DNA of 64,000 nucleotides. It comes from Bacillota bacterium (GTDB lineage Bacteria > Bacillota > Clostridia > Christensenellales > UBA1242). The notes beneath the pieces were generated by a model, which was given only the letters and a program-made list of their open reading frames with translations, was not told the DNA's origin and searched no databases. Shown one piece after another: positions 1-7,933 of this stretch (its first letter is position 1; every line of letters begins with the position of its first letter). The translations under genes were made by a program, and so were the position numbers. The stretch lies in assembly GCA_009784665.1 (NCBI GenBank), contig WRBH01000001.1:7267-71266 (forward strand), given 5' to 3'.

Positions 1-566
1 GCCCGAAGGGGGCGGGTGCATTGTATGTCCGCAAGGAACTGTTGGGTCTTGTCAAACGAAAGGATGCAGCCCCATTGGTGAACTTTCCTGCCTTTATTCG
101 TGGCGGATTTCAGGAAACTGGCCTGCGTGGAGGGACACAAAACACAGCGGCGATTGTGGGATTCGGCACAGCAACAGAAATCGATCACCAGCCCGAGTAT
201 GTCCGCGAGTTACGCGATTATATGATTCAACGAATCGAGAACGAAATTCCAAACGCATTCCTGAACGGCCCCAGGACCAAGAGGTTATGCAATAATGTTA
301 ACTTCTCGTTTAAATCTATCGAAGGCGAAAGCATCCTTATCATGCTGGACTTTGCCGGTATTGCTGTTTCAACAGGCAGTGCATGTTCGTCCGTGAATTT
401 GGAACCATCCTATGTCTTGTTTGCCATGGGCGTAGATGTAGAGCTAAGCATGGGGTCTGTGCGATTTACACTATCAAAACACAACACTCGCGAAGAAGTC
501 GATTATGTCGTAAATGAATTAAAAATAATCGTAGAAAAATTAAGGGCAATGTCGCCCCTTGAATAA
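1..566 (+). CDS. nifS: cysteine desulfurase (NifS/IscS family), C-terminal part; 5' end outside window
   Basis: The frame is open from the window edge (PKGAGALYVRK...), so the M at 21 is an internal TTG. The C-terminal motifs STGSACSS and SVRFTLSKHNTREEVDY are typical of class V aminotransferase cysteine desulfurases. Confidence 0.85.
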   Translation, partial: PKGAGALYVRKELLGLVKRKDAAPLVNFPAFIRGGFQETGLRGGTQNTAAIVGFGTATEIDHQPEYVRELRDYMIQRIENEIPNAFLNGPRTKRLCNNVNFSFKSIEGESILIMLDFAGIAVSTGSACSSVNLEPSYVLFAMGVDVELSMGSVRFTLSKHNTREEVDYVVNELKIIVEKLRAMSPLE

Positions 567-567
567 A

Positions 568-882
568 TTATCTTACCATATCTTGATACAGTGCCTCATT
601 CGCCTCGTATTCGTCGTATTGTGCATCAAATTCGGTATCTGGCGGAAACGCAAATGGGACTTCTATATCTGCCTCCTCCCAAAGTCCTTGCCGAGCTGTT
701 TTGAAATCGATTTTTTCAAGGTAGCTAATTAACCCACTAAAAAACTCACCTGTTTGCCCAAGATGTGCGGCAAAGGCCAATATTTCGTCCATGTTGTATC
801 CTTGCTGGATATATGGAGTCGCAAAAGCCTCTTCGTTAATAAAGTGAAATTCATCCTCTAGCTCGAAACCGTCTTTAAACAT
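568..882 (-). CDS. hypothetical acidic protein (104 aa) lying antisense between nifS and nifU
   Basis: Intact ORF with GGAGG 6 nt upstream of the ATG (revcomp of 883-900). I recognise no family. Confidence 0.55.
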   Translation of the reverse strand: MFKDGFELEDEFHFINEEAFATPYIQQGYNMDEILAFAAHLGQTGEFFSGLISYLEKIDFKTARQGLWEEADIEVPFAFPPDTEFDAQYDEYEANEALYQDMVR

Positions 883-927
883 TTTGTCCTCCTTGTATGT
901 CCCACATTATATACGCAAAACTCCTCG

Positions 928-956
928 TTGTCAATACTGCAGATTTAGGCTATGAT
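928..956 (+). promoter_or_regulatory. leaderless promoter of nifU (TTGTCA-17-TATGAT, 6 nt before ATG 963)
   Basis: TTGTCA at 928-933, a 17-nt spacer, TATGAT at 951-956, then tataaa and ATG at 963. There is no SD. Confidence 0.6.
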
Positions 957-962
957 TATAAA

Positions 963-1361
963 ATGTACAGTGATGAAACATTAGAGAGATTCAAGGCAGT
1001 TAAAAACATGGGCAAAATCGCGGATGCAGACGCAATCGGTGAGGTGGGCAATGTATATTGCGGCGACATCATGAGGCTGTATCTCAAAATTGACAAAGTC
1101 AAAGACATCATCTTGGATGCCAAATTTAAAACCTTTGGCTGTGTTGCGGCGATTGTTTCTATGGATATGGCATGTGAAAAATTAAAAGGGCTTACCCTAG
1201 ACGAAGCACTTAAAATAACAAATAGAGATGTCCTTTCTCTGATGGGGGCGAATATTCCAAAGCAAAAGATCCACTGCAGCGTCATGGCACAGGAATCTAT
1301 CGAAGCCGCCATTAAAACATACCGTGGCGAACCCTTCACGCCCCACGACCACCACCACTAA
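963..1361 (+). CDS. nifU: Fe-S cluster assembly scaffold protein (NifU/IscU N-terminal type)
   Basis: MYSDETLERFKAVKNMGKI...GNVYCGDIMRLYLKI...FKTFGCVAAIVS...IHCSVMAQESIEAAI carries the three conserved Cys of IscU-type scaffolds. The start is moved from 897 to 963 to match family N-termini and the promoter geometry. Confidence 0.9.
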   Translation: MYSDETLERFKAVKNMGKIADADAIGEVGNVYCGDIMRLYLKIDKVKDIILDAKFKTFGCVAAIVSMDMACEKLKGLTLDEALKITNRDVLSLMGANIPKQKIHCSVMAQESIEAAIKTYRGEPFTPHDHHH

Positions 1362-1719
1362 ATATCTCCAAGTCACCATTAACATGACCGTAGGCTACGG
1401 GCTTTGACTTGCATAGGTCATCGAACGCCCTGCTGTGCGACTTGGCCTCCATAAGAAGTTGTTCAAACTTTTCCAGCACTTCCTCCCCAGAGGTATCGGA
1501 TCTCTTCGCCTTGCATATTTCCAAGGGGTTGTCCCTTAAATACACTTTCCTTTCATCTCCTGGCCAGTCGCCATCGTTTTCGTCAAAGCTGTTGGCACTT
1601 ACCAATTCGCACGACCATATTCTCTTGTAATTGTACAAATTAAAACAATACGCTTGACCTTCTCCCACATATTCAACTGCCCTGTCTAACCACTTGACGA
1701 ATTTTTTTGGTTTTATCAT
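1336..1719 (-). CDS. hypothetical protein (127 aa)
   Basis: Intact ORF. Upstream on the minus strand: TTGACA, 18 nt, TGA-TAAACT, 6 nt, ATG, which is leaderless geometry. Its 3' end overlaps nifU by 26 nt. Confidence 0.55.
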   Translation of the reverse strand: MIKPKKFVKWLDRAVEYVGEGQAYCFNLYNYKRIWSCELVSANSFDENDGDWPGDERKVYLRDNPLEICKAKRSDTSGEEVLEKFEQLLMEAKSHSRAFDDLCKSKPVAYGHVNGDLEIFSGGGRGA

Positions 1720-1780
1720 GTGACTAGTTTATCAACCCAATACGATTTTTGTCAAATTCGAGAATCACCCTGCACGACCA

Positions 1781-2035
1781 TCAATAGTCTTGTTCTTTGC
1801 CGCGTGCATAATATTCTTTCAAAGAAATTTGACCACTCCAGTATTTCTCAAAATCATAATCCTCTTTATGTCTTCTGTCTTCTTCGGTCTTATGCCTTTC
1901 TATCGCTTCGTGTTCTTCTTGTTCTCTTAATTTTCTTCTCGCATCAGTTATGCTATCGTTACGGAAAAAACCTATTACAGGAATTATCTTCTTATTTGCC
2001 TGTTTCTCAAGAATTTCACGATATCCTTTGGTCAT
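1781..2035 (-). CDS. hypothetical charged protein (84 aa)
   Basis: Intact ORF preceded on the minus strand by TTGACA (2070-2065), 17 nt, GATACT (2047-2042), 6 nt, ATG 2035. Confidence 0.55.
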   Translation of the reverse strand: MTKGYREILEKQANKKIIPVIGFFRNDSITDARRKLREQEEHEAIERHKTEEDRRHKEDYDFEKYWSGQISLKEYYARGKEQDY

Positions 2036-2094
2036 AAAGCAAGTATCGCCTATTTCGATTCAAATGTCAAGAGCGATATTGAAAAGGGGGCTGG

Positions 2095-2153
2095 TTACTA
2101 TATATAGTTGATATGGGTTGGGACTTGTACTATATCTTGTGGTGTGATACTAT
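2095..2153 (+). promoter_or_regulatory. tandem NrdR boxes overlapping the nrdD promoter
   Basis: Box 1 at 2095-2110 has the perfect palindrome ACTATATATAGT as its core. Box 2 at 2125-2142 is ttgtACTATATCTTGTgg. The box centres are about 32 bp apart. Putative -35 TTGTAC (2125-2130) and extended -10 TGaTACTAT (2145-2153). GGGAGG SD at 2162-2167. Confidence 0.7.
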
Positions 2154-2171
2154 AGATGAAAGGGAGGTAGT

Positions 2172-4289
2172 GTGAGTAAGAAGGTGAAGAAAAGGGACGG
2201 GAAAATTCAAAAGTACAATCGTAAAAAGATTGCAGATGCCATATTCAAGGCCGTTAAGGATTGTGGCGGAACTAACAGGCAACGCAGCGACGAGATTGCA
2301 ATTGCGGTCGAGGAGGAGTTACTTGCGACTTTCGCTGGCAAGAACTATCCAACTGTTGAACAAGTCCAAGATATCGTGGAGAGGCACTTGATAAAAGCCG
2401 GCCACGACCAAGTCGCTAAAGCTTACATTTTGTATCGTGAAAAACGCCGTCAAGCCCGTGAACACGAGGCCTTACGAAAAGCAACAACCGAAACCTTCAA
2501 TACCTACCTAGGTGGTGATGACTTTGCCATCAAAGAAAACGCAAACCAACAGCGTTCCGTGATGGGCCTCATGAACTTTATTCGTGAGGAATTTACCAAA
2601 GGCTACTGGCTTAACGATGTTTATCCGGCAGACATTGCAGATGCACACAAGACGGGAGCATTCCACTTGCATGACCTTGGCTTCTATGGAGCGTACTGTG
2701 TTGGCTGGGATGTTAAACAAATTCTGATGATGGGCTTTACTGGTGTCCCGGGGAAAATCTCCTCTGCGCCGCCAAAGCACCTGCGAACCGCGTTAGGCCA
2801 AATTGTTAATGCAACATTCACTTTCCAAGGCGAAACCGCAGGAGCACAAGCCTGGTCATCGTTTGACACTTACCTGGCACCGTTTATCCGTTACGATAAC
2901 CTGGATTACAAACAAGTAAAACAAGCTATCCAAGAATTTGTATTTAACATGAATGTGGCAACAAGAGTTGGATTCCAATGTCCATTCAGCAATATAACTC
3001 TAGATATTACCTGCCCAAAAACACTTGCCGAAGAATTCGTTATCATCGGCGGCGAGATGCAAGGGGAAACTTATTCCGAATTCCAGGCCGAGATGGACAT
3101 GTTCAACCTGGCGTTCTGTGAAGTTATGAAAGCAGGTGATGCGTCTGGCAGGGTCTTTTCATTCCCTATCCCAACAATTAACATAACTCCACAACTGAAA
3201 TGGGATAGCCCAGTCATGGATGCAATAATGGACATGACAATCAAGTACGGGATTCCTTACTTTGCAAACTTTATTAACAGTGACCTCGATCCAGAGGACG
3301 CCGTTTCTATGTGCTGTCGTCTGCGCTTGGATGTATCCGAACTGCGAAAGCGTGGAGGTGGATTATTCGGGGCAAACCCACTGACTGGCTCGGTTGGGGT
3401 CGTCACCATTAATTTGCCACAATTAGCCTTTCTGTCAGCAAACGAGATGGAATTCTTCATCGGACTTGATCGTTTGGCCAACATGGCAAGGACCAGTCTA
3501 GAAATTAAGCGTAAAGTCGTCGAGGAACAAACTGATCGTGGCTTGTACCCATATTGTGCCTACTATCTGCAAGGCGTAAAAGATCGCAGTGGCGGGTATT
3601 GGGCAAACCACTTCAGCACCATTGGTATAGTTGGAATGCACGAAGCAATCCTGAACCTTTTTGGTGAAGGGTATGGCCTTGACACACAACATGGGCACGA
3701 ATTTGCGATAAGGGTTCTGAACTTCCTGCGTACAAAAATGCAACAATACCAAGAAGAGACTGGTAACATCTATAACTTGGAGGCTACCCCTGCCGAGGGT
3801 GTTGCGCCCCGCCTTGCAAAGATGGATAAAACGCGTCACCCAAAAATCATCACCAGTGGCGGGGACTCCCCATACTATACAAACAGCACACAGATGCCAG
3901 TGGGATTCAGTGACGATATCTACAAAACCGTCAAGTTGCAAGACGAACTGCAATCCCTGTACACTGGCGGAACAGTTCTGCATGTTTATATGGGTGAGAG
4001 GCTGGAAGACATCGATACCGCAAAAAACTTCATTCAAAAAGTATTCAGCAACAGTAAAATGCCCTACCTATCTCTGACACCAACTTTCAGTATCTGCTGT
4101 GACCACGGTTACATCAAAGGTGAAGAGTGGAATTGCCCAACATGTAAGAGGGAAACCGAGGTCTGGAGCCGAGTTGTAGGCTTCTTGCGTCCTGTGCAAA
4201 ACTATAATGCAGGTAAAACCCAAGAATACAGAGATCGTATCAAGTTCATAGTCAAGGATGATAAAACAACAGAAAAAAAGGTGGCTTAA
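2172..4289 (+). CDS. nrdD: anaerobic ribonucleoside-triphosphate reductase (class III)
   Basis: 705 aa with a GTG start behind GGGAGG. N-terminal ATP-cone (KRDGKIQKYNRKKI). C-terminal Zn-ribbon CCDHGY...CPTCK and a glycyl-radical tail SRVVGFLRPVQNYNAGKTQEYRDR. Confidence 0.95.
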   Translation: MSKKVKKRDGKIQKYNRKKIADAIFKAVKDCGGTNRQRSDEIAIAVEEELLATFAGKNYPTVEQVQDIVERHLIKAGHDQVAKAYILYREKRRQAREHEALRKATTETFNTYLGGDDFAIKENANQQRSVMGLMNFIREEFTKGYWLNDVYPADIADAHKTGAFHLHDLGFYGAYCVGWDVKQILMMGFTGVPGKISSAPPKHLRTALGQIVNATFTFQGETAGAQAWSSFDTYLAPFIRYDNLDYKQVKQAIQEFVFNMNVATRVGFQCPFSNITLDITCPKTLAEEFVIIGGEMQGETYSEFQAEMDMFNLAFCEVMKAGDASGRVFSFPIPTINITPQLKWDSPVMDAIMDMTIKYGIPYFANFINSDLDPEDAVSMCCRLRLDVSELRKRGGGLFGANPLTGSVGVVTINLPQLAFLSANEMEFFIGLDRLANMARTSLEIKRKVVEEQTDRGLYPYCAYYLQGVKDRSGGYWANHFSTIGIVGMHEAILNLFGEGYGLDTQHGHEFAIRVLNFLRTKMQQYQEETGNIYNLEATPAEGVAPRLAKMDKTRHPKIITSGGDSPYYTNSTQMPVGFSDDIYKTVKLQDELQSLYTGGTVLHVYMGERLEDIDTAKNFIQKVFSNSKMPYLSLTPTFSICCDHGYIKGEEWNCPTCKRETEVWSRVVGFLRPVQNYNAGKTQEYRDRIKFIVKDDKTTEKKVA

Positions 4290-4300
4290 CCACCTTTTTT
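4273..4300. terminator. bidirectional hairpin shared by convergent nrdD and orf170
   Basis: A-run, GGTGG (4280-4284), loop CTTAA, CCACC (4290-4294), T-run. Both stop codons sit in the loop tetranucleotide TTAA (4286-4289). Confidence 0.6.
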
Positions 4301-4798
4301 CTTTTTAAGCCGGTCGTATACTCGTACTCCTATCTTGAATTGACTAAGGTCCAGCTGTTGAATTTCTGCAGTCAAATCCCTGAAGGGCTTATCCCTTTCT
4401 TCTGCCCATTTTTTTGTTTCTGGGTTTTCGCTTGCTTTTGCCTTATCCAAGGATTCCCTGTTTCTTTCCAGCCACTTGTTGTGTATTATATCCCCCACTG
4501 TCGCATCATCATTATACCCAGCACAAATAATATCGGCGATGACTTTTCCAGCCTCCAAGTTCTCGTGTTGCCAATCTTTGCTTAGCTGCTCGAATGTCGC
4601 ATTTGCAATGTCTATCTCGAATCCGTCTTTTGCTTGCCTGACAAAAATAGGAAGATTGCCTTTAAAGCATTTACCGAATTCTTTGTCTTTCACCGTTTTC
4701 CATCTAGGGTCGTATGTCCCGTCCGCGAGCAACCTAGTAATCCTCCACTCGTCGTGCAGGCGGCTGCCTATTATCTGGGACAAAATTACAAGGTTCAT
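4286..4798 (-). CDS. hypothetical protein with two RyR-like (HxxW...) repeats, between nrdD and nrdG
   Basis: ORF 4286-4882. I prefer the start at 4798 (MNLVILSQ...) because TTGCGT-17-TGaTACTAT-5 nt-ATG sits there. The repeats LHDEWRITRLLADGTYDP and IHNKWLERNRESL weakly resemble the bacterial RyR domain. Confidence 0.5.
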   Translation of the reverse strand: MNLVILSQIIGSRLHDEWRITRLLADGTYDPRWKTVKDKEFGKCFKGNLPIFVRQAKDGFEIDIANATFEQLSKDWQHENLEAGKVIADIICAGYNDDATVGDIIHNKWLERNRESLDKAKASENPETKKWAEERDKPFRDLTAEIQQLDLSQFKIGVRVYDRLKKKKGG

Positions 4799-4858
4799 GT
4801 TGAATAGTATCATGTTCGCTGGGTTGACGCAACAGCATCGGTAATGGTATGATTGAAT

Positions 4859-5554
4859 GTGGTTAAAATAGCAGGGTTCCAAAAGAATAGCTTTATTGAT
4901 TACCCAGGAAAGATCGCCTCGGTGGTATTTTTAGGCGGATGCAATATGCGATGTTATTTCTGTCACAACTTTGAAATTTTGACACAAAAATCCAATGTCA
5001 AAGATTTTAATGAAGTAATTGCAGAGCTAGAAGAACAACTGGAATTTATTGACGCAGTAGTTGTCAGCGGAGGCGAACCAACCCTGCACCCACATATCCG
5101 CGAAATTTTACAAAAGATTAAGGACTTGGGCGTTTTAATTAAACTGGATACTAATGGCTCAAATCCCGAAATGTTACGCGAATTTGTGGAAAGCAACATG
5201 GTGGACTATGTTGCCATTGATGTCAAATGTGCGTTCGACCGAGAAAAAATAGTCCAGGGAATTACAGCACTAGGTAACAAAATCTTGCAATCAATTGACT
5301 ACCTGATAGGACAGGACAAGGTCGATTATATGTTCAGGACAACACTTGCCCCTGCCCTAGATGAAGATGATCTATTGGCAATCGCCGAGATGATAAAGGG
5401 GGCAAAGACATATCAACTGCAACAGTTCATACCAAACGAGAACTCGGAGGAATCCTGCTTTGGAGGTCTGCAGCCATTCACAAAACAGCAGGTTGAAGAA
5501 TTCGCAAAATTATTCGAAGGAAAGGTCGAAAAGGTTTTGATTCGCGGTTTTTGA
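4859..5554 (+). CDS. nrdG: anaerobic ribonucleotide reductase activating protein (radical SAM)
   Basis: Carries the CNMRCYFCHN (CxxxCxxC) motif, GGEPTL, and NrdG-like length. I prefer the GTG at 4859: TTGACG (4824-4829), 18 nt, TGgTATGAT (4845-4853), 5 nt, GTG. TTG at 4853 is also possible. Confidence 0.9.
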   Translation: MVKIAGFQKNSFIDYPGKIASVVFLGGCNMRCYFCHNFEILTQKSNVKDFNEVIAELEEQLEFIDAVVVSGGEPTLHPHIREILQKIKDLGVLIKLDTNGSNPEMLREFVESNMVDYVAIDVKCAFDREKIVQGITALGNKILQSIDYLIGQDKVDYMFRTTLAPALDEDDLLAIAEMIKGAKTYQLQQFIPNENSEESCFGGLQPFTKQQVEEFAKLFEGKVEKVLIRGF

Positions 5555-5570
5555 TGTGATAAACTGAGCT

Positions 5571-6233
5571 GTGGCGAAAAATAAGAAAAAACAAAAGAAT
5601 ACCGACTTGCAAAAAGCAAAGCGGGCACCGAAACAATACTCGGTTGACCCGCGTCTTGATCGTGCCTATTCGCGGAATATTCGCTGCCCTTACTGCAAAG
5701 CATTAATCGCTAAATGGACAACGACCTGCGTCCAGTGTGGAATCACAAAAGAAGAAATTGTTTATGCTTCACACCAGGACGCAAAGGCCGTCATCAACAA
5801 GGCCGAAAAAGGAAAAGTTCTGTGGACAAAAACAATCCCGGTCGACTTGAATTTCCGCAAGTTTATGTTGCTACTTATCTTTTTGGGCGTATTTGGAGCA
5901 CATAACTTCTATGTCGGACGAAAGGTTCGCGGGTGGATTATACTTTGTTCGACATTATTGCTGATATTTTCATCCCTGTTCTTTTATCATCCGAATTTTG
6001 ACCTAGGAACTCCTGGCCATCCATGGCGAGAAGCGTTCCCAGGGTCAGTAATCTTCCCCTTTGATATGCCAGGTATAATCGCAATTGTTGTATGGTTCGT
6101 AGACTGGTTTGCTGCAGTAGTGTTCAGCAGTTTCAAATATCCAATACGAATCAAGGGGAAGGATGGTCCATTTGATGCCCCTAAACCTCAACCTCCTGAA
6201 CAGCATCTTGCATCTTCCTTAACGCCTGATTAA
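5571..6233 (+). CDS. TM2 domain membrane protein with N-terminal zinc-ribbon
   Basis: CPYCK...CVQCG zinc ribbon followed by a TM2-like segment LLIFLGVFGAHNFYVGRKVRGWIIL. GTG start 5 nt after TGa-TAAACT. Confidence 0.7.
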   Translation: MAKNKKKQKNTDLQKAKRAPKQYSVDPRLDRAYSRNIRCPYCKALIAKWTTTCVQCGITKEEIVYASHQDAKAVINKAEKGKVLWTKTIPVDLNFRKFMLLLIFLGVFGAHNFYVGRKVRGWIILCSTLLLIFSSLFFYHPNFDLGTPGHPWREAFPGSVIFPFDMPGIIAIVVWFVDWFAAVVFSSFKYPIRIKGKDGPFDAPKPQPPEQHLASSLTPD

Positions 6234-6744
6234 ACCACCTAGATTCCGTTGGATAACTAACACCAGATAATACAAGGCTTGATCCACGAACCAGCTTGAT
6301 GGTTTCCAAGCTTCTATCTATAACGCTTTTGATTTCCTCATCTGTGAATTCCCTGTTCCCATGTATTTCTCTCAATTTATTGACAGCGAAGGATATAAGT
6401 AATCGATTTTGATACAAGCAACGCCCGCGGACATCTATTCCAGTTTCTTGTAACATTTTCCGCATAGCATTCCTCGCACCGCTGACCATGTATGACCATA
6501 CCTTTGCCCCACCCCCAGGCTCCCAGTTCCGCAAAGCACTTATTGCCGCCACGAACATTATGCCTACTAAATCTTCTGCCTCGTGGTCTACATAAGCGTT
6601 TTGTCTTATACTGTACAGATAATTATCCGCGATTCTGTAAAAATACCCATACATAGTTTCATAAAACTTCTCAAACGCCTCGTTAAAAACCGGATGTCCG
6701 TTAGGATATTTCTTGGCTATATCCATCATTTCATCTGGTGTCAT
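6181..6744 (-). CDS. compact sigma-70 family RNA polymerase sigma factor-like protein
   Basis: A region-2-like stretch DLVGIMFVAAISALRNWEPGGGAKVWSYMVSGARNAMRKML, and a region-3/4-like tail REFTDEEIKSVIDRS...GVSYPTESRWFNQALRKMQ. The 3' end overlaps the TM2 gene by 53 nt. Confidence 0.55.
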   Translation of the reverse strand: MTPDEMMDIAKKYPNGHPVFNEAFEKFYETMYGYFYRIADNYLYSIRQNAYVDHEAEDLVGIMFVAAISALRNWEPGGGAKVWSYMVSGARNAMRKMLQETGIDVRGRCLYQNRLLISFAVNKLREIHGNREFTDEEIKSVIDRSLETIKLVRGSSLVLSGVSYPTESRWFNQALRKMQDAVQEVEV

Positions 6745-6797
6745 TAGATTAATTTAACACAAAACGCCCTACTTCGTCAATACTGCCCGCGAATCTA

Positions 6798-6826
6798 TTG
6801 ACTTCTGACAGTGCTTTTGGCATAAT
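6798..6826 (+). promoter_or_regulatory. leaderless promoter of the IlvD-like gene
   Basis: TTGACT (6798-6803), 17 nt, CATAAT (6821-6826), 6 nt, ATG 6833. Confidence 0.6.
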
Positions 6827-6832
6827 ATTGGT

Positions 6833-7933
6833 ATGAATCTAAACACACTCTCGCCCAGTGCGAAAATCGTCAAAACACAGCAGTTAGTGTCTATGGGGGC
6901 CTCAGAGCCCTTTAGCGACATCAAGACAATCGGAGTCATTAATACAAGTGAAGCCTGTGATACATCTGTCCAGGTAATCGCAGGTGTCCGAAGTGCAGGC
7001 AGTGTTGCTCGTGAATTTTGGCTGCCCGAGTTAGGTGCCTGGAACAAACTTAATCCTTTGACGGCACAATATACCGAGAGTTTCGTCGGCCTGGCAGGGC
7101 GTAACCTGCTTGGGCTAGTCAAAACAAACGGCCTCGACGGAGTTGTAATTATTTCATGTTGCCAAGAAACTACGCTTGGACTCCTGATGGGATGCCTGCG
7201 AATCAATTGCCCTGTGTATGTGATACCGTCGCATAATCATGGTTTATTCAAGATGTTAGAGGGGCTTGGAATGACTATCGAGAATTATACATATACCCTT
7301 GCATCTGCATTCGAAACAGGCAAGCAAATTGTAGAGCGGGCTGTCAAAACACATTCTCCAAAACGATTCTTTACAAAACAAGCCCTGCTTTCGGTTCAGT
7401 CTGATATTTCAGGCATGGTAATGGCGGCAAAGCTGGTTCGTGCAAACGATACCAAACTGCCAAGTGACTGGCTCGTCAGTAAAGAAAATGGTAATTTAAT
7501 GGTTCGCGGCAGTGCCTGTGAAGAAGGAGGCCTTGTCAAGGTTCAGGAGAACTACCCCACACAATTCAACGGACAGGCCTGGGTATATAAGACTTTGGAA
7601 GATGCCGATCGTGCGATCAGTGGCGGCCAGATCAAAAACGGAATAGTTGTCTTACAGAACTGTGCTGGCATAAATATCTCGATTATTACTCAAGCAATTG
7701 AACAAAAAAATCTTGAATCATCCGTCGCACTTGCAACAGATGGGTATTGCGGTAATCCTACAGCTGTGTTTACGGTTACGCACTGTGAGGGTACTGCTTT
7801 TTCGCTTATTCAAACGGGTGATGCCTTAGAAATCGATCTAGGCAAAGGTCGATTTAATACAAATGTAGGAAGCAAAGACATGCGTCAGCGGGAAAAGCGC
7901 GGTTCAATTACAAAAAGGGAGCTATACTTCTAG
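6833..7933 (+). CDS. truncated, degenerate IlvD/Edd (dihydroxy-acid dehydratase) family protein, probable pseudoenzyme
   Basis: 366 aa versus about 550-610 for the family. It aligns by eye to IlvD at IKTIGVINTS, SAGSVAREF, DGVVIISCCQETTLGLLMGCLRINCPVYVI (family GCDKxxPGMLMA..LNIP) and the C-terminal ALATDGYCGNPT (family ITDGRFSGGT). The Mg-binding SDG motif, the D and K of GCDK, and the CGTCSG cluster-ligand segment are missing. Confidence 0.7.
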   Translation: MNLNTLSPSAKIVKTQQLVSMGASEPFSDIKTIGVINTSEACDTSVQVIAGVRSAGSVAREFWLPELGAWNKLNPLTAQYTESFVGLAGRNLLGLVKTNGLDGVVIISCCQETTLGLLMGCLRINCPVYVIPSHNHGLFKMLEGLGMTIENYTYTLASAFETGKQIVERAVKTHSPKRFFTKQALLSVQSDISGMVMAAKLVRANDTKLPSDWLVSKENGNLMVRGSACEEGGLVKVQENYPTQFNGQAWVYKTLEDADRAISGGQIKNGIVVLQNCAGINISIITQAIEQKNLESSVALATDGYCGNPTAVFTVTHCEGTAFSLIQTGDALEIDLGKGRFNTNVGSKDMRQREKRGSITKRELYF

